64,000 nucleotides of DNA, taken from the IMG/VR virus record IMGVR_UViG_3300028591_000095, positions 102,641 to 166,640 of that record; one strand, 5' to 3'. A program made the position numbers and the translations under genes. The notes beneath the pieces are model-generated. The model made no database searches. It saw nothing but the letters and a program-made list of their open reading frames with translations, and was not told the origin of the DNA. Positions 20,301 through 29,212 of this stretch are shown piece by piece (position 1 is the first letter of the stretch; each line of letters begins with the position of its first letter). The stretch is from a virus. Taxonomy: Duplodnaviria > Caudoviricetes.

Positions 20301-21986
20301 ATTTGGATTACAGAACAACCAAACCTTTTCTTCAACGTCGTACTTCATGACAATGAAACACTGTTCGGATACAGGTCTATTGAATCTGGTAGGTTCAGCA
20401 GGAATGATGAAATTGTTTGTTATCTGATTGAATAATATCAAAGTATTGAACATCTCATTCTCGAGTACGCTGTATATGTCATTGACATACGTTTTGAATG
20501 TACCATTGTAGAATGTATCAGGTCTGATGCTTTCAAGGTTTATCCAATCGATTCTATTGTCATATACAAGCTTGACATCATTGTATATCTTTTCAAACTT
20601 ATTGATTGATTTCTGTTCAACCAGTGATGTCAATGCTGCAAACTTCAAATAGTTTGAACGTGCTATTGATACAGCATGGAATATAGATTCAATTGGTTTG
20701 ACAATGGCAATATCAACATACCATGCATCTGAATTCTCATTGACATTCCTCAGTTCAGCACCAACAAGTTCAACTCTTCTTGAAAGATCCTTAATGGTAT
20801 CAGCATCATATAATACATTAATGAATACACGATGTGATTGAGAATTATCTCTATCGATTACGATTGGTGGTGTACAGATATCAACAGTGTAATCAACACG
20901 ATTGGTTGATGTTTTGATTGTATCTCCATCCGCAGTAACAGGTTCACCATCGATAGTTTCTACGATACTCTTATTCAGCATATTGAAATAATTCATTGCT
21001 GGATAGATATTTGGGATCTCGAAGAAATACTTCAGTTCATATATAACAACACGAACATTTCCAAGTCGTACATTCTCGGTTACCATGTTACTTGTAGCTG
21101 ATTGAAGTTGTGGAATATGAATACCCTCTTTATCAATGTAACAGAAGTTTCCAGGAACATCTACCGAACCTATCAATCCTTCATAATAGATATCTACAAG
21201 ACCCGACAAAGTAGTATCATCAAATCCTTCATATCCAGTATCTTTCCATGGAATAAGTACATTACCACCATTGAGTTTGTTAGGTTCAAGCATGAATGAG
21301 TAAACCTTTGATGTATCCAATTTATATACAATACATTCAAAGTCGATAGGTTTTCTCCAACGAACTTTGAACATCAAACCGTGATCATCAAAAGCAACCA
21401 TACAATCATTTGAAATCAAACCATTCATGGTAATCAAGATACTGAAATCGAGGATGCCACTATAGAGAGGGGTGTTTGTTAATTCAGATATATGAATCCA
21501 TTTATTAGTTGATTTCACATGCATGTCGTGTAAACGTTGACGAATGAATTCATCACGTTCTCCAAAATGCATCTGGTCGTATGGTACATCGATAACATAA
21601 TACTTTGATGCAGGATCATATGTAACGTATTTGTTGTTAGTGCTTTTGACTGAACATATCACAGCGTGAGTATTGACAACCATCCTACTCATAGCATTCT
21701 TATAATTGAATTTATATGTTTCAATCAATGCATTATTGATGTCATCAAATGTATAATCAGAATCTTGCATGAGATTCAAGAGTTTGTCAAATCCATAGTT
21801 ATTACCTACAACCATAAAAGGTTGCTCATCAATTAATTGGGAACCGGATTTAACCAATGGAAGTAATCTGTCATTGATAGTCTTCCATTTGGTATCATTA
21901 TAAGTAATCAAACCGTTACGATTTCCATTGATGTACTTATGATATTTATAAAACCAATCTTGATAATTGATTGTGCTCATGGTCAT
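14331..21986 (-). CDS. Very large putative virion (baseplate/tail-associated) protein, 2551 aa
   Basis: Size, Y/N/D-rich composition, internal LamG-like segment (YHVACLTF...VSLYIDGAL); AAGGAGG RBS. Confidence 0.55.
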   Translation of the reverse strand: MTMSTINYQDWFYKYHKYINGNRNGLITYNDTKWKTINDRLLPLVKSGSQLIDEQPFMVVGNNYGFDKLLNLMQDSDYTFDDINNALIETYKFNYKNAMSRMVVNTHAVICSVKSTNNKYVTYDPASKYYVIDVPYDQMHFGERDEFIRQRLHDMHVKSTNKWIHISELTNTPLYSGILDFSILITMNGLISNDCMVAFDDHGLMFKVRWRKPIDFECIVYKLDTSKVYSFMLEPNKLNGGNVLIPWKDTGYEGFDDTTLSGLVDIYYEGLIGSVDVPGNFCYIDKEGIHIPQLQSATSNMVTENVRLGNVRVVIYELKYFFEIPNIYPAMNYFNMLNKSIVETIDGEPVTADGDTIKTSTNRVDYTVDICTPPIVIDRDNSQSHRVFINVLYDADTIKDLSRRVELVGAELRNVNENSDAWYVDIAIVKPIESIFHAVSIARSNYLKFAALTSLVEQKSINKFEKIYNDVKLVYDNRIDWINLESIRPDTFYNGTFKTYVNDIYSVLENEMFNTLILFNQITNNFIIPAEPTRFNRPVSEQCFIVMKYDVEEKVWLFCNPNIKHFNGIQNSFYIDTNLKGDEIFKFFVLYTDTEAAGEPNVEPMTGETVFDFDKFCTEIHKHQGYIRYWSAENKLLKISEVLFDDYDGTTCVNVMSKMLKHRIDDELLKQYPSDINYELSGVTTLGTPDEDSLESPFTINYLFYTINLFYNNNDNFLSYFLYRLTHDHHSERYIDIDITSVLNRNDESSVNYSYFYTAPNTVSGELESGVYHQLPFVVQGSAIVNTPYRYVFNSYGNFVRYPLIKENEIDGSKYVQYPDITTAGAVKNSYHDDIKACQLLTEYMSTVHDYMSDFMTNYETSFNQMKLYGLLKDRIYKLKVKADNKLRYPEYMNPDTEQVIRLVFGPFYEQTNKIYETVNALWTITNDMVNNIDFNNRIVSIYRFIQEFNSDIKSVYYNYGFKDYAKPRVRKMYLHFKKINQTMNLFEFKEWASQIDYELIANIEDYVSDNTLYDKPRFTQYQSTFENIRMTLAQSIPNLESTFASLINEYRLQFIRLRNFVYDIIQHYIFDMYRMNVDYEPQTVGDEPKYAKFTLTAGAHTTHPVTGDVVNDVDIILYPKYEYDGTTYTVVALYPVCEYAFFDGTPIDNVQVEVITASGSSYVSADITFSRVGSSSDIADPISLLNELNNTKVDVQNIHETFNVVDGQIVNRKYTDMHYELLIGNRFNQLSHVSELVLNRNTRLPGSIDRIYAPNQMINEYAVGNYGEHTSARMYFKPSQVLHIPTDDDVITSVYGPYVVGQKIYLETADYEYRFPVIVTSIDHSQSHGFLEAKVDDCEWLEVADLLKIQDYLFNDIECHVIPDNVSNFLNEYNDTSLGSYNIIELSEIPYEEMFYFPGDPIFVQNNANYVYTRLNWFIGDNIDNRFIDDEHKQYQFKYIGEFQIYETDISQMPYMDNVDHYYDCLRYLTPTQWYDFEYDHPLPIILNSIGDEHEVIMNLEIHTNTNEIQLSGPDTAGSLDNRTIYIVFKRIDGTPVQADPSTGYALPATILGTSQDTYPEDPVFMLGVYNQDDSNYNNIMFFGGRGSDVSDPWTKSIISTISANDYHVACLTFERGESAGQTVRLVSLYIDGALIDTIEHDYLFYNRIGIAQLVTAYGDPYVIFGNGGQMHTKFIATASSVHTDAMIQANSEWLYDRFINPATKQTEPIYDSFRVNMINHNVNPMTLSEIYPILRSEPDDHDVWDNEIETFNAQKEIGINKTRDLEMYKAGVIEEYTQATTIYDKVRLKNIIDEYDLKIDYWAKYVERMNRYIRNLETPSTWYNIGSYNAALVYIDNGRASQVTNSFVECITDLPYTDKLELYMYDYQNHEWIDPSDYIVSTTIVDGVKFDNPNDFETNNVLHSIDVQLHSAHITQKLLVYVGFNKSDIFTDIELNPPTCNVRFKPFLSINDHIDADIYSEINVRKHFDGYEYYRYTEDNLPNDIDKAYILEGFLVERPDPNGKYTSNPVYRFKDITINNRPYSEFEFYVPFKFKDVTTTQSSDYNTYECTVNVPVDSYQTSTRMTAICVEPDMFNGNLSTLTFELISGDDSDNQSFTVKRCSSDHLDEGDYICSILSSSSAYKSCGGLITISVTKNENNELKCGNWVKLNNPMYHIIPKRFIVSCPSKGGFPYNLIIRDIYYNLQSKWLYPDNSLPDDPYKYYYNSKKHVRYPISDTRHNDHTRRLAINTDTNPNIELVKSPYVGICRYSLDTIPSDGIIDMTGHIPTPLTRDRYEFWVNGRCLNDSKSLHIISPTSIQLCNLNSLRNFECVELVDDMFDSDILPHGNVYIDLYGNYYHTNTYESFLKMMLSNRYIIDQRIDYLFYNLQHSDLFEYTKHVISNPNNHDVEANILDGLILDNTNDYRRFIHQPSINGVTLYNLSVKELGLREVDNNKILAMYDKLWKHEAVVNPYIPLHHKSDILNIPVIKYSIDIDNDCYRIKVAGQYDGFFTIYISSSDSADISDVDNTIQIIPFVNCGTEIILDNISKYKKKYVCTTAYSQPVKLN

Positions 21987-22030
21987 AACCTCCTTTTTAA
22001 AAGTTTACCTCTGGGTTTTTATAAGAAAAA

Positions 22031-22056
22031 TACACCCCGGGTAATCCCGGGGTGTA
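22031..22056 (-). terminator. Intrinsic terminator after the beta' gene
   Basis: TACACCCCGGG-TAAT-CCCGGGGTGTA with a T tract on the minus strand. Confidence 0.85.
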
Positions 22057-22061
22057 ATTAA

Positions 22062-23450
22062 TCATGATGTGATTAATGCTGTTGTAACAGATGTCCATTC
22101 CTTCATACGAATCTCAACAGAATCCTTGACTGGGTTCTGGAAGCATGAGAGATGGAATCCGTACCAATATTTGAGATGTTCATTAGGCACAATGAACATA
22201 TTCAACTGATCACCATCGAAGTCAGCATTGAGACCAGCAAGGATTGGTTCACCAACACTGATAGTATCATCATTGAGTTTGAAACGTCTGACTTTCAGCA
22301 AACAGTTGGATGCGATGTTGTTTACAGGTTCACGCAGCATCATTATCCAAACACCTTCATCAAGTATCTCCTGAAGTATAGCATGAACTATCTCTGGATG
22401 TTTGTTCATGTTTATCATGAGATATGCCTGTTCAAGTGTTATGTTATAACGTACATGAATACGGTGTGTAACTTTGTACTTCATCAGAGTCATGAGCATT
22501 GGGAAAGGTAGGTCAACCTCTCCAGCTGATAAGGTCTGATCAAGAATGATTACACCTCTGCCAGAGAACTCAAATGTTCCTCCGACAATTTCAGAACGAA
22601 CCAATCCTGTCTTTGAAGCCATTTCATTATCGATCAGATGTTCAGTAGCACCTAACCAATACTTCTGGAAACAGTTCAGAGCATTGATCTGTTCTTCTTT
22701 ATAGTACATATCATCCAGTGAACAATAGACTGCACACATCTGTGCATAGAATCTATTGATTCTTGGATAGAAGTAAGATTCTGAGGTTTTGGATACCGGG
22801 CGGAATGCTGTAGAATACACCGGTATCTTTGAAGTGAAAGCGATTTCTTTTTCTGCAAGAATTGTTTCTATATCGGATTTGTTGGTCGAAGTCAAACACG
22901 ATAATATGATTTCTTCAAAATTCTCATAGAAACCATCATGTCCGATTCCTTTCCATTTCAGCTTATTCTTCGGAACCTTTTCAAGAATTGTATTTATATC
23001 GTCCTGGGATACTTTACCACGACGCTTCTTCTTCGGTTCTTTAGAAGCTTCTTCATCTTTGTTGTCTTTATCTGTATATTTAATCGAGCTCTTATCTTTG
23101 TAATCACCAAGGATGAATCGGAGTAAAGCAGTTCCGATTACACGTTTGATAATTCCATAATATACTGGAGTCAGCACACGATGTGGATATATATCCATCC
23201 ATCCAGTCTTCTTGAAGTTCAGAGATCTGAGAGTTATCTCTGTACGACAATGTGGACACTTCTGTCCCAAAAGGTCACGTCCAGTGTAACATCCACAATC
23301 ACACGAAAACTCCGTGTCGGTGAAATTATCTGCATTGATGAGATTGTTTACATTGATTTGGCCGTAGCTATCTTTCTTTATCTTGAATCCGTTATTGAGT
23401 ATCATGTCAACACAATACTGTGCTTCCATGTTGTAACGTACACCTTTCAT
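22062..23450 (-). CDS. RNA polymerase beta' N-terminal (catalytic) subunit, probably of the non-virion RNAP
   Basis: Zn motif CDCG...CPHC, FSGRGVI, LREP, LNADFDGDQLN. Confidence 0.9.
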   Translation of the reverse strand: MKGVRYNMEAQYCVDMILNNGFKIKKDSYGQINVNNLINADNFTDTEFSCDCGCYTGRDLLGQKCPHCRTEITLRSLNFKKTGWMDIYPHRVLTPVYYGIIKRVIGTALLRFILGDYKDKSSIKYTDKDNKDEEASKEPKKKRRGKVSQDDINTILEKVPKNKLKWKGIGHDGFYENFEEIILSCLTSTNKSDIETILAEKEIAFTSKIPVYSTAFRPVSKTSESYFYPRINRFYAQMCAVYCSLDDMYYKEEQINALNCFQKYWLGATEHLIDNEMASKTGLVRSEIVGGTFEFSGRGVIILDQTLSAGEVDLPFPMLMTLMKYKVTHRIHVRYNITLEQAYLMINMNKHPEIVHAILQEILDEGVWIMMLREPVNNIASNCLLKVRRFKLNDDTISVGEPILAGLNADFDGDQLNMFIVPNEHLKYWYGFHLSCFQNPVKDSVEIRMKEWTSVTTALITS

Positions 23451-23472
23451 TCCTATATCCTCCTTATCACTT

Positions 23473-25110
23473 TTAGAATGTTGCGAACAGCTCTGATATC
23501 ATATCGATAACACGGGTTGTCATCAAATACGGTTCATAGAACAATTCAGCACCTAACGAACTTGGGTCATTGTGGTTTACAATTGTGAATGATGATAACA
23601 CTACGTGCATGATCGATTCAGATAAGTCATCTCCTGATGCTTCTGATAACAGGTAACGTGTAATTGAACCATCATTAGTTACATATTTCTTTATATTACT
23701 TATATCTTTCTGAGATAAAGTCTTTGATGATTCTGAGGTAGCCTTACCCATCAGAAGATTTATCAAATCATTTGATACTGTATCTTCTTCATTAAGATTG
23801 TATATACGCATAATCATACTACGTACATACAGAAGCAGAATGAATTTCTGTTCCGTTGAGATAGTTGACAGTGATATTGATGAATGGAATTTATTGTATA
23901 ATACTATACGAATCAGCATTGATGCAAGTTCATTCATCTTGGGAAGATTTTCCATATACCAATTCAATGGTGTGAGGTCAGTTTCCATAATAGCATGACC
24001 GATAATCATATTGAGATCACGACGCATACATGTAAACTCACCAGGATTGAACGAACGTATCATTGATATTGGTGATGAGGATGAGATATTATCTGTCTGA
24101 AGCTGAGAGACGTCATCGACAGATATGAATGTGAATCTGAGTTGAACTTTACGGATTACATTTGTTGCATGTCCAACGATAGCCTTGATCAATCCTACAC
24201 AGGAATGAATTGGACGTTTGAGATATGGATCCCATTCTGATGCAAATGTAAGTTTTATAAGTCCATCACAGAGTAATGATTTTCTCATAATTGATTGTGC
24301 AATAGTAGGTGCAGTAACACCTTCGATAGCCTGCATATCAACTATGTTCGAGTTTGATGTTATACACTGATTAACAGACTTCTGTACGTAGTCATACAGT
24401 ACCAAATACATCTTTGGATTAAGCATATTCATAATCTTAGTGTATGCTTTTGCGAATGATTCGAATAATGTCTTTGGAGAATTACCCGTTGATATGATGA
24501 AATGTTCTATGAAGATATGCATTACTTTCATCATGAATGACAGAATGAATGCATCTTCAAGGAATTCAACTGGGAACAATCCAATCGTATCATCACCAAC
24601 ATCATTATCTCTTACCATCAATCTAATCTTTTCGATTGTCTTGTCTGGGAAGAGTATTGATATCAGACGATCAGAGTATTCTTCAAATGTTGCCATCGTG
24701 TAATCCTGAGAATCAGTAACATACTTGGCAACACACATTGATGTCAGTAAGTCATTGTCCTGATCATATAATGCTGTAAAGAAGTTAATCTGTTCACAGA
24801 TCAAATTCTGAAGATCAACACGTTTAGATCTTAACTTGAATATCTGACAATTCGGATCGAGAACATCGTTCGGAAACAATGCGGTGAAGTTTACGATTAT
24901 CTGAGAACCGTAATGACGCATTACAATATCCTCGGGTTTGGGCTGCCATCTGATAAAACGTGTCTTCTTATACTTCCTACCATGCATTCCAGTTGGCAAA
25001 CCATTGAACGGATATTCAGTTCCATGATTAATGTTATACGTATACTGGTCAGCTTTATCAATTTCGAAAGTATAGATTTCCGTCTTATTGATGATATCGT
25101 CTTTACCCAT
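23473..25110 (-). CDS. Candidate sigma-like promoter-specificity subunit of the non-virion RNAP (phiKZ gp68/AR9 gp226-like)
   Basis: 545 aa, appears mostly helical, directly upstream of beta'; ICEQINFF..LYDQDNDLL pattern; size fits. Confidence 0.45.
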   Translation of the reverse strand: MGKDDIINKTEIYTFEIDKADQYTYNINHGTEYPFNGLPTGMHGRKYKKTRFIRWQPKPEDIVMRHYGSQIIVNFTALFPNDVLDPNCQIFKLRSKRVDLQNLICEQINFFTALYDQDNDLLTSMCVAKYVTDSQDYTMATFEEYSDRLISILFPDKTIEKIRLMVRDNDVGDDTIGLFPVEFLEDAFILSFMMKVMHIFIEHFIISTGNSPKTLFESFAKAYTKIMNMLNPKMYLVLYDYVQKSVNQCITSNSNIVDMQAIEGVTAPTIAQSIMRKSLLCDGLIKLTFASEWDPYLKRPIHSCVGLIKAIVGHATNVIRKVQLRFTFISVDDVSQLQTDNISSSSPISMIRSFNPGEFTCMRRDLNMIIGHAIMETDLTPLNWYMENLPKMNELASMLIRIVLYNKFHSSISLSTISTEQKFILLLYVRSMIMRIYNLNEEDTVSNDLINLLMGKATSESSKTLSQKDISNIKKYVTNDGSITRYLLSEASGDDLSESIMHVVLSSFTIVNHNDPSSLGAELFYEPYLMTTRVIDMISELFATF

Positions 25111-25138
25111 GTATCAAACACCTCTTTCTGAAAATATA

Positions 25139-25762
25139 TTAAATACCGTTGCTGGCAATAGATGTAAACATAACGATCTTATTATTCTTTCTCAGCTCCG
25201 TAGGTACATCTGATTCCACGACTTCGGAAACGTACATGAAATCATCAACGATTGTAATCAGTATTGGAGCTTTTACATCTTTACATTTATTTATTGATTC
25301 TGGGTTAGATGTTGTGAAAGTATAATTAGGGCGTTCGTTTAATATGGGGACTAAATCCCCATATACATATTTCAGATCCGGTAAATTAAAAGCTTTGACG
25401 TATTCTTCAATCACTTTGGAATATGTCTTAGAATAGATCAAGAGGTTCTTGATCTTCTCTTTACTCGACTCGGTAAACATCTTGTACGCGTAAAGATTAT
25501 TAGGTGAGAATGCTATCTTCGATTCGAGGTAGTCATCGAGATTACATTCTAAATCAAACGTATCTTTTATCCATTTAGAGATATTGAAATCAACACGATT
25601 GATGTAGGATGTGAGGATGTCTATATCAGACATCCCCATGATCTTTTCATCCGTTATGTGTTTTGATTTCAAATATCTGACAATGTTATATCCAACCAAA
25701 GATACAATGTCGGTATATTCAATTATCAGACCTTCTCCACCAATGATACGAAGATCAACCAT
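25139..25762 (-). CDS. Hypothetical protein, possible degenerate HAD-like fold
   Basis: 207 aa in the replication/transcription operon. Confidence 0.55.
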   Translation of the reverse strand: MVDLRIIGGEGLIIEYTDIVSLVGYNIVRYLKSKHITDEKIMGMSDIDILTSYINRVDFNISKWIKDTFDLECNLDDYLESKIAFSPNNLYAYKMFTESSKEKIKNLLIYSKTYSKVIEEYVKAFNLPDLKYVYGDLVPILNERPNYTFTTSNPESINKCKDVKAPILITIVDDFMYVSEVVESDVPTELRKNNKIVMFTSIASNGI

Positions 25763-26331
25763 TAAAATGGCATCTCTTCACTTGCTCCAGCATTCTCATC
25801 AAATTCCTCGATACGACAAACAAGAGATTTTCTGTAAGCAACTTTCATCCATGATACCAGTGTTCTCAGAGGAGCATTGAAGATTTTACCGTCAACGTTT
25901 GTTCCTTCGAGAGTGATGGTACGGTTCTCATTGTTCTTGGTGTTGTTAAGTGTAATCTTAACATTGTTACCCTCTGATACAACTGCGATAGTTGTATTGC
26001 CAGGAAGCTTGAAGTTGAGGTTCTGATACTTGTTCTCCTCGATGATATCGATGAACAGTCTCATCTTCTCTCTGTCAAGGAATCCCTGTGGGAGATCTGC
26101 AGGTGATTTGTTCTCATAGAGGTTAGCACCTGTTGAAGGGTCTTTACCGCACTGCTGTCTGATAATGAATTTAGCTGAGATACCATATTGGTTTACCCAG
26201 ATACCAACATCGAGACGACCGTCAGCCTGTTTGAGTTTACCAAAGCTGAAGTTGGTTCTCTGCTTTTCCTCTGATGAATTGTTTCCACCATTGTTGAAGC
26301 TGTTATAGCTTCCATTGTTGCTGTTAAGCAT
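25762..26331 (-). CDS. Candidate single-stranded DNA-binding protein
   Basis: Beta-rich core; acidic C-terminal tail ending EEMPF, like the SSB DDDIPF tail; near DNA polymerase. Confidence 0.5.
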   Translation of the reverse strand: MLNSNNGSYNSFNNGGNNSSEEKQRTNFSFGKLKQADGRLDVGIWVNQYGISAKFIIRQQCGKDPSTGANLYENKSPADLPQGFLDREKMRLFIDIIEENKYQNLNFKLPGNTTIAVVSEGNNVKITLNNTKNNENRTITLEGTNVDGKIFNAPLRTLVSWMKVAYRKSLVCRIEEFDENAGASEEMPF

Positions 26332-26387
26332 TTAAATCACTCCTTTAAATATTCGATGCGAAGTATATAATAGTTCCAGCATCGTTG

Positions 26388-26402
26388 TAATTATATAAAT
26401 AT
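26388..26402 (-). promoter_or_regulatory. Putative phage promoter variant ATATTTATATAATTA
   Basis: Identical 15-mer at 39807-39821; related to the early motif. Confidence 0.6.
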
Positions 26403-26405
26403 CTA

Positions 26406-26939
26406 TTATTCATTTTCATCATGTGATTCACGAATAGAATCCACGTTGTAATACATATTCGCAATATCCGATGATACTATTTCAAATAGATAAGTATAAG
26501 CATAATCGTTGGATGCATTCAGTCTATCAAATAACTGATCATTCACAATCGATTCAAGTGAATTGTATTTGAACAAGTCACACAATTCACAGAGTAAAGT
26601 TACTGCATTATCAAGAACACCCATGGAGTTGAAATCAATACGTTTGATATTCATCTTATCCATGATTCCGTTGATGATATCAGTAACACCATGAAGAACT
26701 GTTGCAACGAACATACGCTTGAGTTCATCATATCTTGGAAGGTCATCAGGTATCTGGTCACGATATTCTTCGATTGCAGTTATACACTGAGACAGTTCAT
26801 GTTTGATTTGCTGATAGTCGATCTGGAACTCCTCAGGTTCTAAGAAGATAACATCATCTCTCATTGCTACGAGTTCCTGGTTGAAGTCGTACGAGACACC
26901 CGTACGACTTTCAATCCAACTATAAATTTCTGACAGCAT
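26406..26939 (-). CDS. Hypothetical protein
   Basis: 177 aa, GAAAGGA RBS. Confidence 0.7.
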   Translation of the reverse strand: MLSEIYSWIESRTGVSYDFNQELVAMRDDVIFLEPEEFQIDYQQIKHELSQCITAIEEYRDQIPDDLPRYDELKRMFVATVLHGVTDIINGIMDKMNIKRIDFNSMGVLDNAVTLLCELCDLFKYNSLESIVNDQLFDRLNASNDYAYTYLFEIVSSDIANMYYNVDSIRESHDENE

Positions 26940-26956
26940 TTAGATCATTCCTTTCG

Positions 26957-28900
26957 TTATGTAAATAGCATCTTGGTGCATTTGAATGAACCTTTATTCT
27001 CTGGAAGATATACGCCGAATACTTTTAACAGCTGTTTGAATGGTGCTAAGAGTTTGTCAATGTTATGCTCTGAATCAATTCCTTCTGATATCCAATCTGG
27101 AATTCTGTCATATGATTCCGGTATACAAATACATGCATCATCTGGTGAATATCTACGACACATTTCCAACAAACGACGAGTACGTGGATTTGAAGATCGT
27201 TCCAATAAGTCATAAGATAACCATACAATGTATACTCTGTCAAGTGGCATTATTTCCTGAGTGGACATGATTTCATTCCATATCTGAGTACCACGCATCT
27301 GTATCGGAAGTTTCTTAGTTTGGTCATAAGTATTAACATCCTTAACACTCTGCTTTGTATACAGTCTGACATCAGTCTTAACCTTACGCTGATATTCATC
27401 ATGTATGCTAAGATATCCATTAATGATATGGTCAAGAGAAATATCATCAGTCGATACGACATATTTATCACACAATCCAAGTATCAGTGGTTCCAAGAAG
27501 TCTGCAGTATCACGTTTCTTGAATGACACACCTTTAGCTTCAATCTCGTGAATGTTTCTTGGAGAGCCTTCTTGAACGAACTGTGAATCAAGATACATCT
27601 TCTTCTGGAATAACAGCATCATTGCATAAGCAAATTCATTCTTGAATACAAGCTTATCTCGATAATGCTTATCTTCAATACCACAGTTGATTGCAAAGTA
27701 TTCTACAAACTTTGGTACAACGAAATCTGCAAATAAACGTGTGCCGAATCCAGCAGCACATATACATGACATCTTGAAGTTTCCTGTATCAGTCTGGAAT
27801 TCCTTGATGAGTTTTGGATAATGTAACATTAATGAATCGGTATCAACAACACATACTAAATCGCGCTGAGCATTTTCAGCACGAACCTCAACATCATTCG
27901 GTATGAATGGATATACGCAAGTTGATACTATTATATTTGATACCTTTGTAGATATTTCAGCGATTGCTTCTGGAGGAGTTACTCCAAATCCAGATATCTG
28001 TAATGATTCCTTTGTACATGTTTCAAAATCAACCATGTGAGACATTAAGTATTTACCAATCACACTCATATCATCATACAGGAAATGATTAAGAACGAGT
28101 CTTGGATTATATGCAAGCATTAACTTACTACGGTCATCATCACTCAATGATTCAGCTATCTTTATCAGGTATATCAGATCAGCTTCACTCTTTCTACGTA
28201 TCATGCTATACAACCGTTGACCCACTTCTTCTGGAGTAAACTTAGCTGTGATTCTGTAGAGCCTTTCATCTTTAGCTCTAAGAACATTAACCATGAAATC
28301 TGTCATCTCATTGATATCTTTCAATTGAATATACTGATCACAATTCGCAATGAATAATTCCAGTATACATATCAATGATGTGGTGAGATTCTTAGCAGAA
28401 CCTGTTGTAGCTGGTGGGATGTAGATTGAATATGATGATGATAACTGGGTTCCGGATTCGCCATAATCAGCATTACAAATAACCTTCTGATTACCCTGTG
28501 CAGTATTGTAGTTGTTGTATTCGATTGTACCTTTGACATACTTGAACATCATCTTCTTAAGTTTCTTTCTCTTACCAAGCCATGTCTCAAGAACCTTAAT
28601 CGAAGGGTCATTGTATTCAGAATGTTGTTTGAAGAATGAACCCGCTCCAGAGATAATAGGTTTTCTCAAAGACAACCAATTGAATGTATCAAGAACCGTT
28701 GTATCAATATATTCATGATATGTATCATTATGAAGTGTACATGGAATATCGATGACTTCTTCCTCCAATTTCTTAGCTATAACAGCTCTCACTTCATCAG
28801 GATTTGCATCAGGATACATTCGCATATAACCATCAACAACGATCTCGGTATACTCATCAACCAGTATATATTGACCCATATAACCATTCCTTTCTATCAT
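26957..28900 (-). CDS. Family B DNA polymerase, polymerase part (split, phiKZ-type)
   Basis: QGNQKVICNADYG (motif B variant), VVDTDSLM (motif C), KKMY, KGV; no recognisable exonuclease domain. Confidence 0.85.
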   Translation of the reverse strand: MIERNGYMGQYILVDEYTEIVVDGYMRMYPDANPDEVRAVIAKKLEEEVIDIPCTLHNDTYHEYIDTTVLDTFNWLSLRKPIISGAGSFFKQHSEYNDPSIKVLETWLGKRKKLKKMMFKYVKGTIEYNNYNTAQGNQKVICNADYGESGTQLSSSYSIYIPPATTGSAKNLTTSLICILELFIANCDQYIQLKDINEMTDFMVNVLRAKDERLYRITAKFTPEEVGQRLYSMIRRKSEADLIYLIKIAESLSDDDRSKLMLAYNPRLVLNHFLYDDMSVIGKYLMSHMVDFETCTKESLQISGFGVTPPEAIAEISTKVSNIIVSTCVYPFIPNDVEVRAENAQRDLVCVVDTDSLMLHYPKLIKEFQTDTGNFKMSCICAAGFGTRLFADFVVPKFVEYFAINCGIEDKHYRDKLVFKNEFAYAMMLLFQKKMYLDSQFVQEGSPRNIHEIEAKGVSFKKRDTADFLEPLILGLCDKYVVSTDDISLDHIINGYLSIHDEYQRKVKTDVRLYTKQSVKDVNTYDQTKKLPIQMRGTQIWNEIMSTQEIMPLDRVYIVWLSYDLLERSSNPRTRRLLEMCRRYSPDDACICIPESYDRIPDWISEGIDSEHNIDKLLAPFKQLLKVFGVYLPENKGSFKCTKMLFT

Positions 28901-28932
28901 AAATTAAAAACAGTACCATACCGTTTTCGAAA

Positions 28933-28947
28933 TAATGATATAAATCT
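28933..28947 (-). promoter_or_regulatory. Putative phage promoter variant AGATTTATATCATTA
   Basis: 13/15 match to the 26388 and 39807 motif; upstream of DNA polymerase. Confidence 0.5.
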
Positions 28948-29041
28948 GAAATGATAATATAATAGTTCCCGTCCAGGGTGGGGTCCAAACTCGATATTAA
29001 TAGTCCATGCCAGGGCTAAATAAGCTAAAGGATGTGTTTCT

Positions 29042-29191
29042 ATGGATTACAAAGAGGATGTCACAAATAAACCATCGATCAATGGTGTCGAACTTGTAGA
29101 CGATCTGGAGATCACTGATATAGGCATCGTCGAAATGCCCACAGAAATGATTTCCGATATCTTTTTAGAAACTTTTGGTTTCCTATTATAA
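29042..29191 (+). CDS. Small 49-aa protein (not in ORF track)
   Basis: AAAGGA RBS; MDYKEDVTNKPSINGVELVDDLEITDIGIVEMPTEMISDIFLETFGFLL. Confidence 0.65.
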   Translation: MDYKEDVTNKPSINGVELVDDLEITDIGIVEMPTEMISDIFLETFGFLL

Positions 29192-29212
29192 TAATGAAAG
29201 TGAGTGATTTAA

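Noticed and set aside
23473-25110. Chimallin (nuclear shell protein), suggested by its position before beta'
   Set aside because: Looks mainly helical and more like gp68/gp226-type sigma-like subunits; not excluded without a structure search
27565-27582. VQEG in the DNA polymerase as a protease site
   Set aside because: Lies in the catalytic region with no acidic leader; treated as a chance match
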